From NCBI RefSeq assembly GCF_900187275.1, contig NZ_LT906458.1, positions 1,260,001-1,292,000 of the forward strand: 32,000 bases of DNA, read 5' to 3'. Below, one piece after another: positions 20,682-30,608 of this stretch; the stretch's first letter is position 1; every line of letters begins with the position of its first letter. Source of the DNA: Pasteurella multocida (GTDB lineage Bacteria > Pseudomonadota > Gammaproteobacteria > Enterobacterales > Pasteurellaceae). Made by a program: the position numbers and the translations under genes. The notes beneath the pieces were generated by a model, which was not told where the DNA came from, made no database searches, and saw nothing but the letters and a program-made list of their open reading frames with translations.

Positions 20682-20697
20682 TAACAAGATTTTAACA
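20682..20697 (-). promoter_or_regulatory. Candidate ArcA box upstream of focA-pflB
   Basis: Minus strand TGTTAAAATCTTGTTA has two TGTTA direct repeats 11 bp apart, the ArcA-P recognition architecture. Confidence 0.35.
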
Positions 20698-20833
20698 GCT
20701 ATTTTTTAATCAGCAATAGTTCATTTTTAAAACAGCAAAAAGCTACACTCTAGTGTCCTGAAAAAATTGCCATTTTAGCCATTTTCTGTTAAAACGTGCG
20801 TAGATTTTCACATAATGAAAAAGGATAAGTAAC

Positions 20834-21184
20834 ATGGCTGAAGAAACGATTTTCAGTAAAATCATTCGTCAAGAAATTCCAGCGAATATTGTTTACCAAG
20901 ATGAATTGGTCACGGCCTTTCGTGATATTTCACCACAAGCAAAAACTCACATTCTGATTATTCCAAACAAGCTCATTCCTACGGTTAACGACGTTACCGC
21001 GCAAGATGAAATCAGTTTAGGTCGCCTTTTTACTGTGGCGGCGAAGCTTGCCAAAGACGAAGGCATTGCAGAAGACGGCTACCGCTTAATTGTGAACTGT
21101 AATAAACATGGTGGACAAGAAGTCTTTCATTTGCACATGCACCTCGTGGGTGGTGAACCACTTGGTAGAATGTTGGCAAAATAA
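20834..21184 (+). CDS. hinT: Purine nucleoside phosphoramidase HinT (HIT family)
   Basis: [23 protein letters not shown]... and histidine triad HLHMHLVGG. Confidence 0.92.
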   Translation: MAEETIFSKIIRQEIPANIVYQDELVTAFRDISPQAKTHILIIPNKLIPTVNDVTAQDEISLGRLFTVAAKLAKDEGIAEDGYRLIVNCNKHGGQEVFHLHMHLVGGEPLGRMLAK

Positions 21185-21534
21185 TGAAAAAACTGACCGC
21201 TCTTTTCATCTCAAGCTATCTGCTGGCGGGTTGTGGTTCTCACCAATCCGTGAATCTGCTACATACACATCAGCCTATCTTGAATATTGAGGCGGATGCG
21301 CATCAGTTAGTTGAAGCACATGTTTCGCCAACACTCGCTTGGGTTAAAAATAAATATGCTACGCCTATACAATTAACTTACCAAGTATTTTGGTATGACA
21401 AACAGGGCGTCAGTCAAGCGACCACCCTGTCAGATAACCCATTAGGCTTGCAAGGGCATGAAAAATACATTATTCCGTTAAATAAACCCACTGCAGAAAG
21501 CCAAAACTACCGTTTATATCTGCGCTTAAAATAA
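21184..21534 (+). CDS. ycfL: YcfL-like periplasmic lipoprotein (DUF1425)
   Basis: Lipobox [15 protein letters not shown] resembles the YcfL motif Y.F.WYD..G. Position after hinT is as in E. coli. Confidence 0.6.
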   Translation: MKKLTALFISSYLLAGCGSHQSVNLLHTHQPILNIEADAHQLVEAHVSPTLAWVKNKYATPIQLTYQVFWYDKQGVSQATTLSDNPLGLQGHEKYIIPLNKPTAESQNYRLYLRLK

Positions 21535-21542
21535 GGTCTTTT

Positions 21543-22598
21543 ATGTCAACACTATTGATCGATTTACAAGGTCAAGAACTTAGCCAAGAAGAAGTCGAAC
21601 TGTTATCACATCCTTTAGTAGCAGGGCTCATTTTATTTACACGGAATTTCCATGATCGCGCCCAAATGCAAGCGCTGATCCAATCGATTCGTCAACGCGT
21701 CAAGAAGCCGTTGTTGATTACGGTGGATCAAGAAGGTGGACGGGTTCAGCGTTTTCGTGAAGGTTTCACCCAACTTCCTGCTATGCAAGCCTTTGCCTGT
21801 TTAATCGATGATCCTGTACAACAAACAAACATGGCACAGCAAGCTGGGTGGCAAATGGCAGCAGAAATGACCGCACTTGGTATTGATCTCAGCTTTGCGC
21901 CTGTTTTAGATTTAGGACATCAATGTCAAGCCATTGGCGACCGCAGTTTTCATTCACAAGCAGAAATGACACTCAACCTTGCCAGCGCCTTTATTGACGG
22001 TATGCATCAAGTGGGAATGGCCGCCACGGGTAAGCATTTTCCGGGTCATGGTCATGTGATTGCAGATTCACATTTAGAAACGCCTTATGATGAACGTCCA
22101 AAACAACAGATCTTTGCGCAAGATATTCAGCCATTCCAGCAGTTGATTCAACAAAATATGCTCGATGCCATCATGCCTGCACATGTGATTTATAGCCAAT
22201 GCGATCCTCAACCTGCGAGTGGTTCTGCATATTGGTTAAAACAGGTACTACGCCAACAACTTGGCTTTAACGGTGCTATTTTCTCTGATGATCTCGGTAT
22301 GAAAGGCGCCGGCTTTATGGGGGATTTTGTGCAACGTTGTGAGCAATCTTTGCAGGCGGGTTGTGATTTACTGTTACTGTGTAATGAAAGAGAAGGCGTT
22401 ATCCAAGTGTTAGATAATTTAAAACTTTCTGAAACAGAGCCGCACTTTGCCCTACGTCAACAACGTTTACAGCAGCTTTTCAAACGTAAAACTATTCGTT
22501 GGTCTGAATTGGAAGCCACTTCACGTTGGTTAGAAAATCGCAAAATATTGACCGCACTTCAACAACGCTGGCTTGATAACAAAGCCAACAAACATTAA
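21543..22598 (+). CDS. nagZ: Beta-N-acetylhexosaminidase NagZ (GH3, muropeptide recycling)
   Basis: [16 protein letters not shown]...[16 protein letters not shown]...KHFPGHG are NagZ signatures. Confidence 0.92.
   Translation: MSTLLIDLQGQELSQEEVELLSHPLVAGLILFTRNFHDRAQMQALIQSIRQRVKKPLLITVDQEGGRVQRFREGFTQLPAMQAFACLIDDPVQQTNMAQQAGWQMAAEMTALGIDLSFAPVLDLGHQCQAIGDRSFHSQAEMTLNLASAFIDGMHQVGMAATGKHFPGHGHVIADSHLETPYDERPKQQIFAQDIQPFQQLIQQNMLDAIMPAHVIYSQCDPQPASGSAYWLKQVLRQQLGFNGAIFSDDLGMKGAGFMGDFVQRCEQSLQAGCDLLLLCNEREGVIQVLDNLKLSETEPHFALRQQRLQQLFKRKTIRWSELEATSRWLENRKILTALQQRWLDNKANKH
21870..21878 (-). repeat. Hin-type USS core
   Basis: ACCGCACTT inside nagZ. Confidence 0.85.
22551..22559 (-). repeat. 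Hin-type USS core
   Basis: ACCGCACTT near the nagZ 3' end. Confidence 0.85.
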
Positions 22599-22604
22599 TT
22601 AATT

Positions 22605-23795
22605 ATGTCATCTCCTTCTACTTCTTTTGCGTTGCCTTGTCAGCATTATCAACGTGGCGATTGTCGTTCTTGTCAATGGCTGGCGACGCCTTACTCAACA
22701 CAGCTTGCGAAAAAACAGCAACATCTGCAACAGCAACTCCGAAAGCTGGATTGTACACAAATTCAATGGCAAGCACCTTATACTTCAATACTGCAAGGAT
22801 TTCGTAATAAAGCCAAAATGGCAGTCAGTGGGATGGTAGAACGACCGATATTAAGTCACCCACAAAGTGAGGCGGACTTAACCGATTGCCCACTCTACCC
22901 AGCTCATTTTACAAACATCTTTACGATTTTAAGAGATTTCATTGCACGAGCAGGCTTAGTCCCCTATAACATTCAAAAACAAAAAGGGGAACTGAAATAT
23001 ATTTTGTTAACAGAAAGCCAACTTGATGGCGGTTTAATGTTACGCTTCGTGCTCCGTTCAGAAAAAAAATTGCCTTTAGTTCAGCGCGAACTGCCTGGGT
23101 TATTAGCCAAATTGCCACAATTAAAAGTGGTCAGTTTAAATATTCAACCGCAACATGCCGCCATTTTAGAAGGGGAAAAAGAGATTTTTCTCACGGAACA
23201 ACACACGCTAGAAGAGTGTTTTAATCAGATTCCGTTATTCATTCGCCCACAAGGCTTTTTCCAAACCAATCCACAAGTAGCACAAGGGCTATATGGCACT
23301 GCGCAACATTGGGTACAAGAGCTACCCGTTCACAGGCTATGGGATTTATTTTGTGGTGTTGGAGGTTTTGGCTTACATTGTGCACAAGCCTTACAAGCCC
23401 AATACCCTGATCGCATAATTCAATTAACCGGTATTGAGATTTCCGCCTCAGCCATTGAAGCCGCAACACTCTCGGCACAAAAATTAGGCTTAAAGCAGGT
23501 AAAGTTTCAATCTTTAGATGCTAAACATTTCGCCTTAGCACAATCTCCCGCGGCACAAGACGACACACCCGAACTTGTGATCGTTAACCCTCCTCGTCGT
23601 GGCATTGGTATAGAACTGGCACAATTTCTCAATCAACTCGCACCGCACTTTATTTTGTATTCCAGTTGTAATGCAGAAACCATGGGAAAAGATGTCCTCC
23701 ACTTGAGCGATTATCAACTGAAAAAAGTACAGTTATTTGATATGTTCCCACATACTTCTCATTATGAAGTGCTGTGTTTACTGGAACGAAAATAA
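22605..23795 (+). CDS. rlmC: 23S rRNA (uracil747-C5)-methyltransferase RlmC (RumB)
   Basis: N-terminal Fe-S motif [17 protein letters not shown] motif [10 protein letters not shown], catalytic region NPPRRG...SCN. It lacks the TRAM domain of RlmD. Confidence 0.8.
   Translation: MSSPSTSFALPCQHYQRGDCRSCQWLATPYSTQLAKKQQHLQQQLRKLDCTQIQWQAPYTSILQGFRNKAKMAVSGMVERPILSHPQSEADLTDCPLYPAHFTNIFTILRDFIARAGLVPYNIQKQKGELKYILLTESQLDGGLMLRFVLRSEKKLPLVQRELPGLLAKLPQLKVVSLNIQPQHAAILEGEKEIFLTEQHTLEECFNQIPLFIRPQGFFQTNPQVAQGLYGTAQHWVQELPVHRLWDLFCGVGGFGLHCAQALQAQYPDRIIQLTGIEISASAIEAATLSAQKLGLKQVKFQSLDAKHFALAQSPAAQDDTPELVIVNPPRRGIGIELAQFLNQLAPHFILYSSCNAETMGKDVLHLSDYQLKKVQLFDMFPHTSHYEVLCLLERK
23642..23650 (-). repeat. 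Hin-type USS core
   Basis: ACCGCACTT inside rlmC. Confidence 0.85.
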
Positions 23796-23836
23796 ATGTG
23801 TTTATCTGTCTTACAAGACCGATTTTTTAAGGACAT

Positions 23837-23867
23837 AAAAAAACGGTGGAGTCTTCCACCGTTTTTC
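23837..23867. terminator. Bidirectional terminator between convergent rlmC and pfkA
   Basis: A-run, ACGGTGGA-GTCT-TCCACCGT, T-run. Confidence 0.85.
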
Positions 23868-23887
23868 CTTCAATATCATTCAACAGA

Positions 23888-24853
23888 TTAGTCTAAACGT
23901 TTTGATAATGCTAACCAATCCGCTTTAAATTCACGGCGCATATTGTTGATTGCATCAATAATATCGTGGTGAACTAATTGTTCATTTTGAATACCAACGC
24001 AATAGCCACCTTTACCTTGCATTAATAAATCAACCGCATAAACGCCCATACGTGAACCTAAAATACGGTCAAATGCGCAAGGCGTACCGCCACGTTGAAT
24101 ATGACCTAAAATGGTAGCACGAGTTTCATGTTTCACACGCGATTCAATTTCACGGGCTAATTCATTCACATCACAAATTAACTCAGTAATTGCAATAATG
24201 GCATGACGTTTACCTTTGATAATACTGCGCTCAATCTGTTGAATTAACTCTTCACGGTTAAATTCTACTTCCGATGCCACAATATACTCACAACCACCAG
24301 CAATACCCGCTGAAATAGCTAAATCACTACAATGACGTCCCATGATTTCAACAATCGAAATACGTTGGTGCGAGCTTGAGGTATCGCGTAAACGGTCAAT
24401 GGCTTCGACGGCTGTCTGTAACGCGGTTTGATAACCGATAGTGTAGTCTGTCCCTGCCACATCGTTATCAATCGTACCCGGGATACCGACACAAGGGAAA
24501 CCATGTTCTTCCGTCAGTAATTTTGCCCCCATGTAAGAACCGTCCCCACCAATCACCACAAGTGCATCAATACCATGGGAACGTAAAATTTCAGCACATT
24601 TAGCGCGAACCGCAGGATCTTTAAATTCAGGAAAACGCGCCGATCCTAAAAAAGTACCGCCGCGGTTAATAATGTCGGAAACACTATAACGGGTCATTTG
24701 TTTCACTTTATTATGATATAACCCATAATAGCCTTCATAAATACCGTATACTTCTAATCCTGCCGCAAGTGCTGAACGAACCACGCCGCGAATGGCGGCA
24801 TTCATGCCCGGTGCGTCACCACCACTGGTTAATACTGCTATTTTTTTTATCAT
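23888..24853 (-). CDS. pfkA: ATP-dependent 6-phosphofructokinase
   Basis: [26 protein letters not shown]...GGDGSY...PGTIDND...HIQRGG is colinear with E. coli PfkA. Confidence 0.96.
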
Positions 24854-24947
24854 ATATTAAACCTTCTAAATAAAAATGAATCCAAAATCGTCGCTAAGAT
24901 TACACTATTCATACAAACTGCTCTAGCAAAATTTATGAAAAATCCTA

Positions 24948-25862
24948 CTACATTTGATCTAGCTTAGCATTTTCTAATTTTTCGGCTTGTACTACGCTTG
25001 TTGGCTCATGATGAATCACGATATCGACTCGTGCAAACGCCTGACGAAGTCGTTGTTCAAGTTGTTCGGTAATATCGTGTGCTTCTAAAAAAGACAAATG
25101 ATCATCGAGCTCTAAATCAAACTGGACAAAGCGAATGGCGCCTGACTGACGAGTACGCAAATCATGAAACCCTAAAATACGTTTATCTGACAAAATGATT
25201 TGTTCGATTTGACGAATTTCTGCTTCAGGTAACGCTCGATCCAACAGTAATTGTACCGCTTCAAATAACATTTTTAGTGCACTGACCAAAATATAAACCG
25301 CAATGATAATTGCCCCAATTGCATCCGCCAGAATAAAATCAAACGCAGTGAACACGAGAGAAATCAAAATCGCTACATTCATGTAGATATCAGTTTGGTA
25401 ATGTAAACGATCCGCTTTAATCGCCGGACTACCCGTTTTATGAATAATGCGACTTTGGTAATACACTAACGCGGAAGTGATCACAATCGAAAACCAAATG
25501 ACGGCAATCCCTAGAGTTTGATTGGTTAACGGTTGAGGATCATTAAAACGATGAATCCCTTGCAGGAGGAGAAAAACCGCGGAGCCAGAGATAAAGGCGC
25601 TTTGAATTAATGAAGCAAGAGATTCCGCCTTACCATGACCAAATGAGTGATTATCATCTGCTGGCATTAAGGCAAAACGTAAAATCAGCATATTTAAAAA
25701 GGAAGCCGCTAAATCCAAGGTGGAATCAACAATAGATGCCAACATGCTCACAGAGCCTGTTTCCCACCATGCAAATCCCTTCACCAGAATCAACATTAAA
25801 GCAGTATAGACCGCACAATTTGCCGCTTTTTTCACTTGTGAAGAATAGCTTTTTTCTTCCAT
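24948..25862 (-). CDS. fieF: Cation diffusion facilitator FieF/YiiP (Fe/Zn efflux)
   Basis: DSTLDLAASF...PADDNHSFGHGKAESL...HYQTD...DRALP... is colinear with E. coli FieF. Adjacent to pfkA, as in E. coli. Confidence 0.9.
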   Translation of the reverse strand: MEEKSYSSQVKKAANCAVYTALMLILVKGFAWWETGSVSMLASIVDSTLDLAASFLNMLILRFALMPADDNHSFGHGKAESLASLIQSAFISGSAVFLLLQGIHRFNDPQPLTNQTLGIAVIWFSIVITSALVYYQSRIIHKTGSPAIKADRLHYQTDIYMNVAILISLVFTAFDFILADAIGAIIIAVYILVSALKMLFEAVQLLLDRALPEAEIRQIEQIILSDKRILGFHDLRTRQSGAIRFVQFDLELDDHLSFLEAHDITEQLEQRLRQAFARVDIVIHHEPTSVVQAEKLENAKLDQM

Positions 25863-26429
25863 CTATGCACACATCCATTGCCAAGCCACTTGTTTAATGT
25901 GCTTCATTTCTTTCTCTACTACATACTTTTTCAAATAACGAATCACTTTTTCATTTTTCATGTGGCGCAATTTTTTGCTTTTCGGAATTTTTAATGAATA
26001 TTGGTATTGCACAAATCCACAGCCCGCAATGCCTTTTCCTTTTGCTACATCGACTTGCCAATCATTATTTTTCACTGTCGGTTCATAGATGACAAAAGAA
26101 TACAGGGTTTCCTGTTGTTGCTGTAATTTAAAATGTTTGACCCCAGTATTTTTATAGACACGTTGACGCAATGCGATACGATCATCTAAGCTGACTTGCA
26201 TGGGATTACGATCAAATAACAATTCCACCGCACTTTTCCAATTTTCTACACTTTCCCCTTCTTCTAAATAAAAGAAACGGGCAAGATTCCCCAAATCTTG
26301 TTGCGTGGCTAAAGTATAGGTGTGTTGATTATGGGTAATCTGCTGCGGTGCCACTAATTGCGGTTTGCTGGCACAGCCTGAAAGTAACAGCCCAATCAGT
26401 GCAGTTAATATGAAGAGAATTTTTTGCAT
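25863..26429 (-). CDS. Uncharacterised lipoprotein (188 aa)
   Basis: Lipoprotein signal MQKILFILTALIGLLLSGC. ATG 26429 lies 1 nt after the yaaA stop, and its TAG stop directly abuts the fieF ATG. I recognise no family. Confidence 0.65.
   Translation of the reverse strand: MQKILFILTALIGLLLSGCASKPQLVAPQQITHNQHTYTLATQQDLGNLARFFYLEEGESVENWKSAVELLFDRNPMQVSLDDRIALRQRVYKNTGVKHFKLQQQQETLYSFVIYEPTVKNNDWQVDVAKGKGIAGCGFVQYQYSLKIPKSKKLRHMKNEKVIRYLKKYVVEKEMKHIKQVAWQWMCA
26227..26235 (-). repeat. Hin-type USS core
   Basis: ACCGCACTT inside the unknown lipoprotein gene. Confidence 0.85.
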
Positions 26430-26430
26430 A

Positions 26431-27207
26431 CTATTCCGCCACATCACGTTTAAATACGAACTCGGTTTCACTTGAACTCGTTGGATCAAACCAATACCCG
26501 CCTAAATCAAACCCTTTTAATTGTTCCACCTCGCTTAAACGATTTTGAATAATATAGCGACACATTAAACCGCGTGCTTTTTTGGCATAGAAACTGATGA
26601 CTTTGTATTTGCCATTTTTATTATCTAAAAACACAGGCTTAATGATCCTTGCATTCAATTGGCTTTCTTTTACTGATTTATAATATTCATCCGAGGCTAA
26701 ATTCACTAAAACATTATCGCCCTGTGCCTCGATCGCTTGCTGTAAAGTATCGGTAATCACATTTCCCCAAAAAGCATAAAGATCTTTCCCTTTGCTATTC
26801 ACCAGTTTTGTCCCCATTTCCAAACGGTAAGGTTGCATGAGATCAAGTGGCTTTAATAAACCATACAAGCCGGACAACATACGTAAATGTTGTTGGGCAA
26901 ATAACACATCCTGCTGCGATAAACTTTCAACGTCTAATCCGGTATATACATCGCCTTTAAACACATAAATTGCCGCGCGAGAGTTTTGTTCCGTATGCGC
27001 TTTTTGCCACTCTGCAAAGCGGGCAAAATTTAAGCCAGCTAACTTGTCGCTAATCGACATCAACGAGCCGATCTCCGCAGGCGAAAGCTGACGGCAGACA
27101 TCAATTAATTGGGCACTATACTCTGTTAACTGCGGTTGAGAAAATTCAAATTTTGGTACCGCACTTTCAAAATCTAAGGTTTTGGCTGGAGAAATAATGG
27201 CTAACAT
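26431..27207 (-). CDS. yaaA: Peroxide stress protein YaaA (UPF0246/DUF328)
   Basis: [13 protein letters not shown]... is the typical YaaA N-terminus. 258 aa. AGGAAA lies upstream of the ATG. Confidence 0.85.
   Translation of the reverse strand: MLAIISPAKTLDFESAVPKFEFSQPQLTEYSAQLIDVCRQLSPAEIGSLMSISDKLAGLNFARFAEWQKAHTEQNSRAAIYVFKGDVYTGLDVESLSQQDVLFAQQHLRMLSGLYGLLKPLDLMQPYRLEMGTKLVNSKGKDLYAFWGNVITDTLQQAIEAQGDNVLVNLASDEYYKSVKESQLNARIIKPVFLDNKNGKYKVISFYAKKARGLMCRYIIQNRLSEVEQLKGFDLGGYWFDPTSSSETEFVFKRDVAE
27158..27166 (-). repeat. Hin-type USS core
   Basis: ACCGCACTT inside yaaA. A one-mismatch inverted copy, AACTGCGGT, lies at 27128-27136. Confidence 0.85.
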
Positions 27208-27234
27208 AATGTTCTTTCCTGAATAACGTTGAGA

Positions 27235-27903
27235 TTAAAGCGAAGCTAATTGCCATTGAATTGGCGATAGCCCTTGCGCCATTAGATAGGCATTGGTTTT
27301 GGAAAAATGACGACAACCTAAAAAACCACGATGGGCAGAGAGTGGCGAAGGATGTGGCGCAGTGAAGACGCAATGTTTTTGCCGATCAATAAATTGCCCT
27401 TTTTTCTGTGCATGACTCCCCCAAAGCAAAAACACCAACTTCTCACGTTGTGCATTTAAGGCTGCTATCACACGATCAGTAAAGGTTTCCCAACCAAAAC
27501 TAGCATGCGAATGCGCCTTACCTTGTTCTACCGTTAACACAGTATTTAACAGCAAAACTCCTTGTTCCGCCCAAGGCACTAAGTAGCCATGATTGGGGAT
27601 CTGAAAGCCTTCAATATCTTGTGTTAATTCTTTATACATATTCATCAAGGAAGGCGGTGGTACCACACCTGGTTTAACAGAAAACGCCAACCCATGTGCT
27701 TGATTGGGACCATGATAAGGATCTTGACCAATAATCACCACTTTTACAGCTTCAAATTCAGTCAACTGAAAAGCACTAAACACCTCTTGCGGGGGAGGAT
27801 AGACAATTTTACCTGATGCTCTAGCCTGATGAACCTGATCTAAAATATGTTTAAAATAAGGTTGTGTTTTCTCAGTACCAATCACATCTTTCCACGTCTT
27901 CAT
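27235..27903 (-). CDS. ung: Uracil-DNA glycosylase
   Basis: [27 protein letters not shown] and HPSPLSA motifs. ATG 27903 follows GGAGG. The TTG at 27915 in the ORF track is unlikely. Confidence 0.95.
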   Translation of the reverse strand: MKTWKDVIGTEKTQPYFKHILDQVHQARASGKIVYPPPQEVFSAFQLTEFEAVKVVIIGQDPYHGPNQAHGLAFSVKPGVVPPPSLMNMYKELTQDIEGFQIPNHGYLVPWAEQGVLLLNTVLTVEQGKAHSHASFGWETFTDRVIAALNAQREKLVFLLWGSHAQKKGQFIDRQKHCVFTAPHPSPLSAHRGFLGCRHFSKTNAYLMAQGLSPIQWQLASL

Positions 27904-27974
27904 TTTTTCCTCCAATTGTTGAGTTTCCGATTATAAAGAACTTCCTATAAAATTGACAGTTATTGCATGCAGAT

Positions 27975-28016
27975 TGTTAAATAAATGTTTATTTATTGTT
28001 AAATAAAAGATGTTTA
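27975..28016 (+). promoter_or_regulatory. Array of ArcA-type direct repeats upstream of grcA
   Basis: TGTTA/TGTTT elements start at 27975, 27986 and 27997 with exact 11-bp phasing, and a fourth starts at 28011. GTTAAATAAATGTTT matches 13 of 15 positions of the ArcA box GTTAATTAAATGTTA. Confidence 0.5.
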
Positions 28017-28039
28017 AAATCATAACGTTACAACATTTA

Positions 28040-28053
28040 TTGATCTAAATCAA
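28040..28053. promoter_or_regulatory. Perfect FNR box TTGAT-N4-ATCAA upstream of grcA
   Basis: TTGATCTAAATCAA lies 126 nt upstream of the grcA ATG, with a TATAAA hexamer at 28070-28075. E. coli yfiD/grcA is FNR-activated. Confidence 0.7.
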
Positions 28054-28178
28054 AATTTGAAAATTAACCTATAAAAACCCTTTGTTCTAGGTCAAAACGA
28101 TTTGAAATCATCAAAAATTTTGATAAAATTCTGACCAATTTACACTGATTAACAAATCGCCAACTTAGGAGGCAGACA

Positions 28179-28562
28179 ATGATTAAAGGTATTCAAATTA
28201 CCCAAGCGGCTAATGACAATTTATTAAACTCATTTTGGTTATTAGATAGCGAAAAAGGTGAAGCGCGTTGTTTATGTGCTAAAGGTGACTTCGTTGAAGA
28301 TCAAATCGTTGCAGTAAGTGAATTAGGTCAAATCGAATATCGCGAATTACCAGTTGATATCGCCCCAACAGTCAAAGTAGAAGGTGGTCAACACTTAAAC
28401 GTTAACGTATTACGCCGCGAAACCTTAGAAGATGCGGTCAATAACCCAGAAAAATACCCACAATTAACAATCCGTGTTTCAGGTTACGCTGTACGTTTCA
28501 ACTCATTAACACCTGAACAACAACGTGATGTGATTACTCGTACATTCACACAAAGTCTATAA
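28179..28562 (+). CDS. grcA: Autonomous glycyl radical cofactor GrcA (YfiD)
   Basis: 127 aa. The C-terminal 60 aa ([11 protein letters not shown]...[29 protein letters not shown]) mirror the PflB C-terminus. Divergent from ung, as in E. coli. Confidence 0.96.
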   Translation: MIKGIQITQAANDNLLNSFWLLDSEKGEARCLCAKGDFVEDQIVAVSELGQIEYRELPVDIAPTVKVEGGQHLNVNVLRRETLEDAVNNPEKYPQLTIRVSGYAVRFNSLTPEQQRDVITRTFTQSL

Positions 28563-28589
28563 TTGACATCCATTTGCCCCTTGAAAAAA

Positions 28590-28620
28590 CACCTCGAGAT
28601 AAAAACGAGGTGTTTTTGTT
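28590..28620 (+). terminator. Rho-independent terminator of grcA
   Basis: CACCTCG-loop-CGAGGTG followed by TTTTTGTTTTT. Confidence 0.85.
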
Positions 28621-28793
28621 TTTGTACAGCTATTTCTGTGCCCTCACTTGACTTCATAAAGAACAGTGCTTGAGATAAAAAATTTACACCAATTTCAGTG
28701 CGTGTTTACGCTATTGCTAGCGAATTCATCAATATTCAGGTAAAATCTGGCAGTTTAACTTTATCCAATTTTTATACATAAATTGATTTTCAT

Positions 28794-30590
28794 ATGAAGA
28801 ATATACGTAACTTTTCTATTATTGCACACATTGACCACGGTAAATCGACACTCTCTGACCGCCTTATTCAAACTTGCGGTGGCTTATCTGATCGTGAAAT
28901 GGAAGCCCAAGTGTTGGATTCCATGGATCTTGAACGTGAACGTGGGATCACGATCAAAGCACAAAGTGTGACCTTAAACTACAAAGCGAAAGATGGCGAA
29001 ACCTATCAATTAAATTTCATCGATACGCCAGGTCACGTTGACTTCTCTTATGAAGTATCGCGTTCTTTAGCCGCTTGTGAAGGCGCATTATTAGTGGTGG
29101 ATGCGGGACAAGGTGTCGAGGCACAAACTTTAGCTAACTGCTATACCGCAATTGAAATGAATTTAGAGGTGGTGCCGATTTTAAACAAAATCGACTTGCC
29201 CGCAGCAGATCCTGAACGCGTTGCAGAAGAAATTGAAGACATTGTCGGTATTGACGCGATGGAAGCGGTGCGCTGTTCAGCAAAAACCGGTGTGGGTATT
29301 GAAGATGTGTTGGAAGAAATTGTGCATAAAATCCCTGCACCCGAAGGGGATCCGAATGCACCATTACAAGCCTTGATTATCGACTCGTGGTTTGATAACT
29401 ACTTAGGCGTAGTATCTTTAGTGCGCATTAAAAACGGCACATTACGCAAAGGCGATAAAATCAAAGTGATGTCTACAGGACAATCTTACAATGTGGATCG
29501 TCTTGGTATTTTCACCCCAAAACAAGTCGATACCACCATTTTAAATTGTGGTGAAGTGGGTTGGGTGGTGTGCGCCATTAAAGATATTTTAGGGGCACCC
29601 GTGGGTGATACGCTTACTTCGCACAACAATCCAGCTTCTTCTGTCCTGCCGGGTTTTAAGAAAGTTAAGCCACAGGTGTATGCCGGTTTATTCCCAATTA
29701 GCTCTGATGATTATGAAGCATTCCGTGATGCGCTCGGTAAACTTAGTCTAAACGATGCGTCATTATTCTATGAACCTGAAAACTCCACCGCACTTGGTTT
29801 CGGTTTCCGTTGTGGTTTCTTAGGACTTCTCCACATGGAGATTATTCAAGAGCGTTTAGAGCGCGAATACGATCTTGATCTGATTACCACAGCACCGACA
29901 GTAGTGTATGAAGTGGAAAAAACCGACGGTGAAGTGATTTATGTGGATAGCCCATCAAAATTACCGCCACTCAACAACATTACGGAGATTCGTGAACCGA
30001 TTGCAGAATGTAACATGCTGTTACCACAAACCTACTTAGGTAACGTCATTACGCTCTGTGTAGAAAAACGCGGTGTACAAACCAATATGGTTTACCATGG
30101 TAACCAAGTGGCATTGACCTATGAAATCCCAATGGGCGAAGTGGTACTGGATTTCTTCGACCGCTTAAAATCGACTTCTCGTGGTTATGCTTCCTTAGAT
30201 TATGGTTTCAAACGTTTCCAAGCCGCCGATATGGTACGTGTCGACATTATGATCAATGGTGAGCGTGTCGATGCGTTAGCGTTAATCGTGCATAAAGATA
30301 ATGCACCTTATCGTGGTCGTGAATTAGTGGAGAAAATGCGTGAACTCATTCCACGTCAACAATTTGATATTGCGATTCAAGCGGCGATTGGTAACCACAT
30401 TATTGCCCGTTCTACCGTCAAACAATTACGTAAAAACGTATTAGCAAAATGTTATGGTGGTGACGTTAGCCGTAAGAAAAAACTCTTACAGAAACAAAAA
30501 GAAGGTAAAAAACGCATGAAGTCTTTGGGTAACGTCGAAGTACCACAAGAAGCCTTCTTAGCGATTTTACATGTCGGAAAAGACAAATAA
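28794..30590 (+). CDS. lepA: Elongation factor 4 (LepA)
   Basis: [26 protein letters not shown]... with GTPase motifs DTPGH and NKID. Colinear with E. coli LepA. 598 aa. Confidence 0.97.
   Translation: MKNIRNFSIIAHIDHGKSTLSDRLIQTCGGLSDREMEAQVLDSMDLERERGITIKAQSVTLNYKAKDGETYQLNFIDTPGHVDFSYEVSRSLAACEGALLVVDAGQGVEAQTLANCYTAIEMNLEVVPILNKIDLPAADPERVAEEIEDIVGIDAMEAVRCSAKTGVGIEDVLEEIVHKIPAPEGDPNAPLQALIIDSWFDNYLGVVSLVRIKNGTLRKGDKIKVMSTGQSYNVDRLGIFTPKQVDTTILNCGEVGWVVCAIKDILGAPVGDTLTSHNNPASSVLPGFKKVKPQVYAGLFPISSDDYEAFRDALGKLSLNDASLFYEPENSTALGFGFRCGFLGLLHMEIIQERLEREYDLDLITTAPTVVYEVEKTDGEVIYVDSPSKLPPLNNITEIREPIAECNMLLPQTYLGNVITLCVEKRGVQTNMVYHGNQVALTYEIPMGEVVLDFFDRLKSTSRGYASLDYGFKRFQAADMVRVDIMINGERVDALALIVHKDNAPYRGRELVEKMRELIPRQQFDIAIQAAIGNHIIARSTVKQLRKNVLAKCYGGDVSRKKKLLQKQKEGKKRMKSLGNVEVPQEAFLAILHVGKDK
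29787..29795 (-). repeat. Hin-type USS core
   Basis: ACCGCACTT inside lepA. Confidence 0.85.
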
Positions 30591-30608
30591 GGAACATCAG
30601 GAAATACT

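Noticed and set aside
20796-20811. CRP-like motif TGCGT-N6-TCACA just upstream of hinT.
   Set aside because: The left half has two mismatches. The site ends only about 23 nt before the start codon, which leaves no room for a promoter downstream. It is likely fortuitous.
28377-28562. An inverted DNA repeat of roughly 75 percent identity between the grcA 3' half and the pflB 3' end (17185-17370), as a possible duplication or inversion substrate.
   Set aside because: It is explained by the known paralogy of GrcA with the PflB glycyl-radical domain. The identical runs are short (14 nt or less), so it is neither a recent duplication nor a likely recombination substrate.
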